In this document: positions 57,850 to 64,000 of the stretch, piece after piece | Layout: each line of letters starts with the position of its first letter | Position numbering within the stretch: the stretch's first letter is position 1 | Origin: Elainellaceae cyanobacterium | GTDB lineage: Bacteria; Cyanobacteriota; Cyanobacteriia; CAZCXK01 | Assembly (NCBI GenBank): GCA_051117555.1 | Contig: JBNPEG010000084.1 | Span: 26,933-90,932 of the forward strand | DNA length: 64,000 nt | Direction of reading: 5' to 3' | The notes under the pieces: generated by a model | Seen by the model: only the letters and a program-made list of their open reading frames with translations | Told to the model about the DNA's origin: nothing | The model's database searches: none | Translations under genes and position numbers: made by a program

Positions 57850-58130
57850 AACAGCATTTGCATGTGCCAATTTATCGTTGCAACGCTCAATAATGACATT
57901 TGCATGTGCCACTTCGTTTGTTTTAGCCCTTGCGACGATGTTTGCATATGCCACTTCATTTAATGTAGCCCTTGCGTCGTTTAGAGAATTAGCGGCGTTA
58001 GCTCAAGATAGGGGAGAGGGCGATCGCCAAGCAGAAGCCGATGCACTCTTTAATGGCTCAATTCAGTTTTGGCGACAAGGCAACTATCAGGAAGCGTTAG
58101 AGGTGCTTCAGGAAGCCTCGGTTATCTATT
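57850..58130 (+). pseudogene. degenerate 42-bp repeats fused to a TPR-CHAT N-terminal remnant
   Basis: Units at 57850, 57892 and 57934, then SFRELAALAQDRGEGDRQAEADALFNGSIQFW, similar to gene 48756. Confidence 0.8.
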
Positions 58131-58205
58131 TTGCCGTTCCTCAGAGTTTGCAGAGCATACTCATCCCAAAATTTGCCCCTTACCAAAACAGGAAAGTGAG
58201 GCTTA

Positions 58206-59939
58206 TTAAAATGGTTGATAGCGAAGCGAGAAGTAAAGACCGTCTTCTTGCAGTGAGCTTGTGTCATTCTCAACATCGATGAGAGGAATCCCGTAATCTA
58301 AGCGGGCAACTAAGTCAGATCCAATTAGAAGACGCAATCCAAGCCCAACACCGACGATCGTCGACGGGTCAGGATCGGGAGTTCGATTGTTCCAAACAGT
58401 CCCTGCTTCAATAAATGGAGTGAGTTGTAACCGCTGAGGATTTGCAGTAACTGGAATCCGAAATTCAACGCCGCCTAGCACACCGTTATCGGCAACCAAC
58501 TGGTTTTGAGCATATCCCCTGACAGTGTCCACACCGCCAATACTAAACTGTTCAAGAGAAAGCAGTGAGTCTGGCGTGAGCTGAGTGCTGAGGCGAGTGA
58601 TGACCAAATTTCTAGACGAAAGCTGTTGCACCCACTGAAATTGCCCCACCCAGCTAAAGAACCGCGCATCTGTTCCTAAGCCATTCACAGTTGCGTTAAA
58701 TGCATCAATGCCGAAACTAAATTGCGATCGCGCTGCAAGTACTCGCCGAGGCCCTCGATCCACCCAATCCTGAAAAAATCGCACCACTGATGTGTTTGAC
58801 TGTCCCTCTTCGGGACCTTCTGAAAACGAGAAGGGGATATCATCTAAAATAAACGTCGTGCGCCGACGTAAGTCAAAGCCAACGCCAACTGCAAATTCGC
58901 GCTCCGGTTTTCTCAGCACGGGTTGGCGAAAGCTGACCGAATACGTTCGGGTTTCACTTTGAATTTCCAAGTCTTCAAATTCATCGTCGATGATTTCGCT
59001 TTCGCTACTGTTAAATTGAAAATTAAACGTACCTTCCCTCGCATTAAGGGGCACTGATAGCCCCACATCAAAAATATCTAATCCATCCGTTCGTCCATAT
59101 TCAGCGCTAATGCGATCGCCCACGCCAATCAAATTGCTGTATGACGCTTGCACACTTAGTTGACCCGAACCAATACTAGGCGGACGGTAGTTGTCTCCCC
59201 CAATACCGGCACGAAAGGACGATCGCTCATCTAATTCGACCAGTAAAATATTTTGTCCTGGTGTTGTCCCTGCCGTTAGTTCTGCATTGACTCTCGCAAC
59301 ATTCGGATCGATCTGGAGTAGCTGAAGTGCTTCCTCCAAGTCGGCTTGGTTAAGAGGCGGATCAGTTCTCAGTTGGAGGCGATCGCGCACGTAGCTCTCT
59401 TGAAGATGACGTAATCCTCGTACTTCAATACGCTCAATTTCTCCCTCAACAACCTGGATTTCAACCACACCATCATCTAATACCTGATTGGTTGGCAGAA
59501 ATGCGCCTGACGTAACGTAGCCATTCCGAATATAAAGCTGAGTGATTTCAGAGCGCAGGGCTAGTAGTTCACTAAATGTTACTTCCTTGTTTTCATACTG
59601 AGCCACAAGCCTAGCAATGTCCTCATCCAAGACAGTGCTTCCTTGCACGTCAATCCGCTCAACGGGGAAACTGACTTCAGGAAGCGCAGGTTCTTCAGGC
59701 GTTTCGGGTGACGTAGGCAGTTGTAAGCTTGGGAGAGGCTGTTCAGCAGGCTCTTCAGGAACAGAGTCAGGGGGTTCAGATGGGCGATCGGGTACGGATT
59801 GTTCAATGGTTTCCGGCGTATCGGGAGGAAGCTCAACTCCTGGAGGAGGCGTGGATTGGGCGATCGCCTTTGGGAGACTAGTAAACAGCAGCAACAGGCT
59901 TGATCCAGTCAAGTTTATGCAAGCACCTGATAAATTCAC
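58206..59939 (-). CDS. ShlB/FhaC/HecB (TpsB, Omp85) outer-membrane transporter
   Basis: POTRA motif YIRNGYVTSGA, VEGEIE, TVRGY motif, terminal Phe. Confidence 0.92.
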   Translation of the reverse strand: MNLSGACINLTGSSLLLLFTSLPKAIAQSTPPPGVELPPDTPETIEQSVPDRPSEPPDSVPEEPAEQPLPSLQLPTSPETPEEPALPEVSFPVERIDVQGSTVLDEDIARLVAQYENKEVTFSELLALRSEITQLYIRNGYVTSGAFLPTNQVLDDGVVEIQVVEGEIERIEVRGLRHLQESYVRDRLQLRTDPPLNQADLEEALQLLQIDPNVARVNAELTAGTTPGQNILLVELDERSSFRAGIGGDNYRPPSIGSGQLSVQASYSNLIGVGDRISAEYGRTDGLDIFDVGLSVPLNAREGTFNFQFNSSESEIIDDEFEDLEIQSETRTYSVSFRQPVLRKPEREFAVGVGFDLRRRTTFILDDIPFSFSEGPEEGQSNTSVVRFFQDWVDRGPRRVLAARSQFSFGIDAFNATVNGLGTDARFFSWVGQFQWVQQLSSRNLVITRLSTQLTPDSLLSLEQFSIGGVDTVRGYAQNQLVADNGVLGGVEFRIPVTANPQRLQLTPFIEAGTVWNNRTPDPDPSTIVGVGLGLRLLIGSDLVARLDYGIPLIDVENDTSSLQEDGLYFSLRYQPF

Positions 59940-59987
59940 GAGAACACCCTCTATTCTCTATATCAATAAAATTCTACAGCAGAATTT

Positions 59988-60986
59988 TTAATGGCGACGA
60001 AGAACCAACCCCATCACACCAATCAGAGTCAGTAAACCAACTAGCACCGAGGGTTCGGGGACAGACTCTGATACCTCCATCTGTGCGATCGCGGCTTCAT
60101 CGTCTGCTAAGGCAAAGGTTTGATGACTGTCATTCGTAGGGTAGGGCGATCGCGACTGCGAGCGACTAAAGGCTGTCGATTGTCCATTCACAATAGACGA
60201 AATCCAGGGGAAAAATGCAGAGACGCGAGTAAATCCTGAAATGTTGCCATACCGGGATGCCGCCGACGGATAACCAAAGGAGGTAACACCCGCAAGCGCC
60301 CCATTAATGAACAGAGCTCCTCCGCTATCTCCATTAGCGGTTGCCCCTTCTAATGAGAGCGGCACGTACGAACCCAACGAATTTGAGGTTCCCCAGGGAT
60401 TATCAAAATCAGTTAGAAGAATTGTATCTGACCATCCATATATGAGTCCGGTTGCATCAACCACATTGTCAGCAGCTCGCTTTAAGCCGTCATTTGATGT
60501 AGGCCCCGTTACTCCGGTCCCGGTATCACCAAAACCAACTGCAGTGCTAATTTGACCCACTTCATTAAACCCAGTGTTGAGAAGGGAGGGAGCAACAGTG
60601 TGAACCGGAGTGTTGAGCTGTAGAAGTGCGATATCAACCCCTCGAAACAGGTTGCCTCCGTTCTGCAGCCAGTCTGGGTAAGTGTAGTAATAAGCAACTG
60701 GATAGGTAAACTGGCCAATATCAAAGCTTGCAGCGCTTAACCCGTCCGTGCAGTGGGCAGCCGTGAGTACCCAGTGGGCAGCAATCAGCGTGCCTGAACA
60801 GGTGCTGGCATTCGAGAAAGAGTCACTAATCTGCAAGCGTCCTACGCTTGGGAAGAAATATCCTCGATTTTGATAGAACACATCCAGGCTATCGTGGCGA
60901 ATCGTAATAGACTGGGCAACTGACGACACGCCTACCGTGGCAATTAAAGCACTGATGACTGAAATCATTGAGCTGTAGATTTTCAT
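59988..60986 (-). CDS. trypsin-like protease with a PEP-CTERM sorting signal
   Basis: LTAAHC, DIALL, GDSGG; VPEPS + TM + RRH; likely start MKIYSS at 60986. Confidence 0.9.
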   Translation of the reverse strand: MKIYSSMISVISALIATVGVSSVAQSITIRHDSLDVFYQNRGYFFPSVGRLQISDSFSNASTCSGTLIAAHWVLTAAHCTDGLSAASFDIGQFTYPVAYYYTYPDWLQNGGNLFRGVDIALLQLNTPVHTVAPSLLNTGFNEVGQISTAVGFGDTGTGVTGPTSNDGLKRAADNVVDATGLIYGWSDTILLTDFDNPWGTSNSLGSYVPLSLEGATANGDSGGALFINGALAGVTSFGYPSAASRYGNISGFTRVSAFFPWISSIVNGQSTAFSRSQSRSPYPTNDSHQTFALADDEAAIAQMEVSESVPEPSVLVGLLTLIGVMGLVLRRH

Positions 60987-61159
60987 CTTATTCTTCTCCG
61001 AGTGGTTAAGCCACGTCCACAGAGTGAACTCCAATTGATATATAGCTACAGTCCTATCGCTCATGCAATTCTTCAGACGATTAAATTTCGTGATGAAGGA
61101 GGCGATCGCTCATCCTCCTATAGCAAACCCAGATGAGTTGTGAGCGGTGAGCGGGCGCC

Positions 61160-61347
61160 GCCCGCCTGAAATTGCATTAGTGGCTCTGATGGAACGCTAT
61201 CAAGATGGTCATGATTTCGCTGAGGCACAGCGATCGACGTCGTTGGCGTGTTTTCAAGCCACTGCTGAGCAGTTGACGTTGCCAGAGAGGTTCAAACGAT
61301 TGGCAGAAGTCATCGACGCGGACAAAGAGTCCTTCTAAACTAGACAT
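61160..61347 (-). mobile_element. IS982-family transposase N-terminal fragment
   Basis: Minus strand reads [27 protein letters not shown]...[18 protein letters not shown] (absent from the ORF track). Confidence 0.8.
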
Positions 61348-61725
61348 AACGGAGAGTAAGGCTGTTGAGTTTGCACTCTCAGTTTACCTGCTCTCGTTTT
61401 TTCTTTCTCTTCTTAAATCCCGAACTGTCCTTTTTTTTTAGTAATGCTCCGCCCTTGAAATCTTGTTCGATACTTTTTCTTCGTCTTTGATGAACTGGAG
61501 AACTCACAGTATTTGCAAGGAGAGGTTGATCTAACGTACGTCCTTGAAACCTTATTGGAGACTGACAGGGGCGATCGCCATCTTTTGAGAAATTTGTGTC
61601 TAATCCTTTAGCATAAATACCTTTAGACCAAGATATTCTGGTATTCTCAAACGATGGGAGCTGTTTTATCGTTAGCATTGCTCTACTGCCTAATGAATTG
61701 AACGTAAAACTGATTGAGATATAAT

Positions 61726-61833
61726 AGGACTTACGCAAGTCACGATAGGGTGTCCCCCAACCCCCAATCTTGGAGGGTATTAGATTGGAAATCCCCACAT
61801 GTGGGGGATTTAGGGGGCAAACGTGTAAGTCCT
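61726..61833. repeat. MITE-like element with terminal inverted repeats
   Basis: AGGACTTAC...GTAAGTCCT ends enclosing CCCCC/GGGGG hairpins. Confidence 0.6.
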
Positions 61834-61872
61834 GATATATATTAGAAGGATGAAGACGTTTCAAATAACCTC

Positions 61873-62673
61873 TTATGCTACTTTTCTCCAACTTGAATCA
61901 TTAATTTGCACATAAGGAACAATCCTGGCCTCGTATCGCATTTGCCCATTAATATCAGGGCGTAGAACTTGTTTGGGTCGTGTACCAACTTGGATTCCCC
62001 CATTGAAGAAGCTATACACTTGGTTAATCAAGTGCTCGCCATAATAGGTATTGTTGAACCAAAGATGGAATGTTGGCATTGAATTATGGATATCACGCTT
62101 CAGTCCGAGCGTCGCTCCACTAGAGTGCTGAACGACGGTTCCACTAAAAGGTAAATCGTATCGAATTCCACCAGATGAGAACGACTGTGCTATCTGTGCT
62201 TCGGCAGATTCAAAGACAGATGCATCAAATGTTGAATCTGTAATACTGAGATTTTCCTCCCCAAACTCTTGATTTTCAGACTTAGGTAGAGACTCATTCG
62301 AGATACCATTTGACTTAATCAAATCACTCTCATGCCATGAAGCCATCAAGTCAGCATTAACAGCCACCCCATCACCAAGCAAAGTATCAGTGGTAGCTTC
62401 TAATTGCGTTGGGTGAACATCTTTATAAATATTGCTTAAATTTGATGTCGCTCCTTCAACGATGCCCGGAATAAGATTATCAAAACTGGGTAAGGACACC
62501 TCAAGTAAAGCCAAACTTGAGTCAAGGGTAGTCACATCATTTGAGTGCAGCTGACTCGCTTGTTGCGATGACGTATCTGGAATATCAACCGAGGTAAAAT
62601 GAATGCTTGATAGCGATAGTTGTGATACTTGAGACAACTCAGAGATAGCAGTACTAAAATCTTGCGCGTTCAT
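61873..62673 (-). CDS. hypothetical protein
   Basis: 266-aa ORF with a GGAGA RBS, acidic Ser-rich N-terminal half and globular C-terminal half. Confidence 0.55.
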   Translation of the reverse strand: MNAQDFSTAISELSQVSQLSLSSIHFTSVDIPDTSSQQASQLHSNDVTTLDSSLALLEVSLPSFDNLIPGIVEGATSNLSNIYKDVHPTQLEATTDTLLGDGVAVNADLMASWHESDLIKSNGISNESLPKSENQEFGEENLSITDSTFDASVFESAEAQIAQSFSSGGIRYDLPFSGTVVQHSSGATLGLKRDIHNSMPTFHLWFNNTYYGEHLINQVYSFFNGGIQVGTRPKQVLRPDINGQMRYEARIVPYVQINDSSWRKVA

Positions 62674-63061
62674 ATTTAGGTCTCCGGCTAATGGATGAAA
62701 TTACAACCGTTGATGTCTGCAGAAAATCACAGAGTTCAGAACTCAATTTTTTTTTGAACCCTTACACCTCCGTTCATCTAAGATGGTTTAATGTTAGAAA
62801 AGGTACAAGGCATTTGCACGTAATCTTTCCGCACATCTAAGTGTAGAAACTAGAGCATTCGATTGCAGAAATCTGCAATACTATTCCAAACCTTATCGTG
62901 CCAATTATAAAAGGTACCCATTACAGCATCATTACAAACCAACTTAAGCTCGACTTTATCCATTAGGCAGCATAACAAAGTAAATCAGACCAAGTATTCC
63001 AGAGATCACGAGGAACTTTCACCATGTCTGATTCTACAGTAGAGGTCTGAAAAATCTGTAT

Positions 63062-63799
63062 CTACCAAAGCTGTCTCCGAACAAGCGCTAGAGCATCAGC
63101 AAAGGTAGGTCGCGATTTGCGATACCAAGCGGTCTTTGGTAGGAGAATCGAATGTTGGTGGTGCTGCTGCTGCGCAAGGGCGGTCACGATTTAGAACAAG
63201 CCGAGAAAAACAGGGGTCGTACGGGCGATCGCTAGAGACGACCCCTGGCATTGAGTCTCAACCCCTAGATAGGCTTGCACTTCCTCAAAGATGACCTCAA
63301 GCTGCCATCGTTGCCGAAACCAATACAAGATTTGTTCTGGAGTCGCACTCAAGTTCGTGTACAAAAGCACCTGAGTTTCAAAGTTCCCCTTGGGGTCTCG
63401 AATCAGTACCCAGCGAATGGGAACCGCTGGCATCCCCGTTTTGTACCACAGTGCCGTCGCTGAGGTGATCTGCAGCCCATAGTCCCCCCGACTATACCAA
63501 TCGGTCATCGTGACCGACTGCCAAGGCGTGTATGGGGTATTGACCAACGCTTTGAGCGCAGGCAACCGTCGGCCGACCTTGCGAGGACGGCCCATCTGTT
63601 TGGGGCGACGTACGGGTGGGGGGTCATAACGTTCGGTATCCAACCGCAGGCGGGTGACGACATGAACGGGATTGGGCATCTGAGCCAAAGCAGAGAGAAA
63701 TTCGAAGGCCGCAAAGCTGCTATCGCTCACCAAAACAATTGAGCGCTCTGGCACCCAGCGACGAACTTGATAGAGCATTTGTCTCCCCCAATCCGTCAA
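63062..63799 (-). mobile_element. IS701-like DDE transposase pseudogene
   Basis: GRPRKVG and QRWQLEVIFEEV motifs; in-frame TAA at 63191, after which it continues AWYRKSRPTFADAL; 5' part missing. Confidence 0.78.
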
Positions 63800-63950
63800 T
63801 CATTCATCAATTCCATTGGCAGTAAGCTTCTTACGACACTTCTATATCTGCCTGCTGCTTTCCTGATTGCCTCAAATAGACTTAATCGGAAATTAGGGAA
63901 TTCGTTAGAATAAGTATCGAGTCGAAGGAGTAATCGGTGACTTGATGAGA

Positions 63951-64000
63951 ATGCAGTACGCTGAGCTGAAAAATAAGCCTCGCACGCTTCGAAGCTTGAC
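63951..64000 (+). mobile_element. possible start of a transposase running off the window
   Basis: MQYAELKNKPRTLRSL resembles IS5-group transposase N-termini. Confidence 0.3.

Noticed and set aside
59941..59990. Possible regulon motif upstream of the TpsB gene
   Set aside because: The best match has too many mismatches in both boxes
61147..61891. ORFs 61147-61338 and 61379-61891
   Set aside because: The first is antisense to an IS982 fragment; the second crosses a MITE-like repeat and low-complexity sequence

Overview
Cyanobacterial DNA: the HIP1 octamer GCGATCGC is everywhere, along with cyanobacterial short dispersed repeats, Uma2 nucleases and PEP-CTERM. About 57 kb of the window is a dense island of exported proteases: nine full-length signal-peptide TPR-CHAT (caspase-like, clan CD) proteins, one CHAT-only protein lacking the catalytic His, five TPR-CHAT remnants, a Tat-exported C14 caspase, an S8 subtilase and four trypsin-like proteases. 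It also holds a four-gene module (sigma-like HTH protein, DUF1822-like protein, CHAT-TM-CHASE2 protein, DUF928-like protein) and a TpsB/FhaC transporter. Three unannotated patterns suggest one system. (1) A bipartite motif TTCCATA-N14-AGAG(A/C)TA sits upstream of 12 island genes or remnants, including the sigma-like gene, with one further decayed copy. (2) Arg-Gly/Arg-small motifs recur in linkers and propeptides of nearly all the proteases. (3) Promoter-signal-peptide, TPR, CHAT and tail modules are shuffled between paralogs, and several breakpoints fall exactly on HIP1 sites. Family names come from recognised motifs, not database searches, and the functional models are inference.
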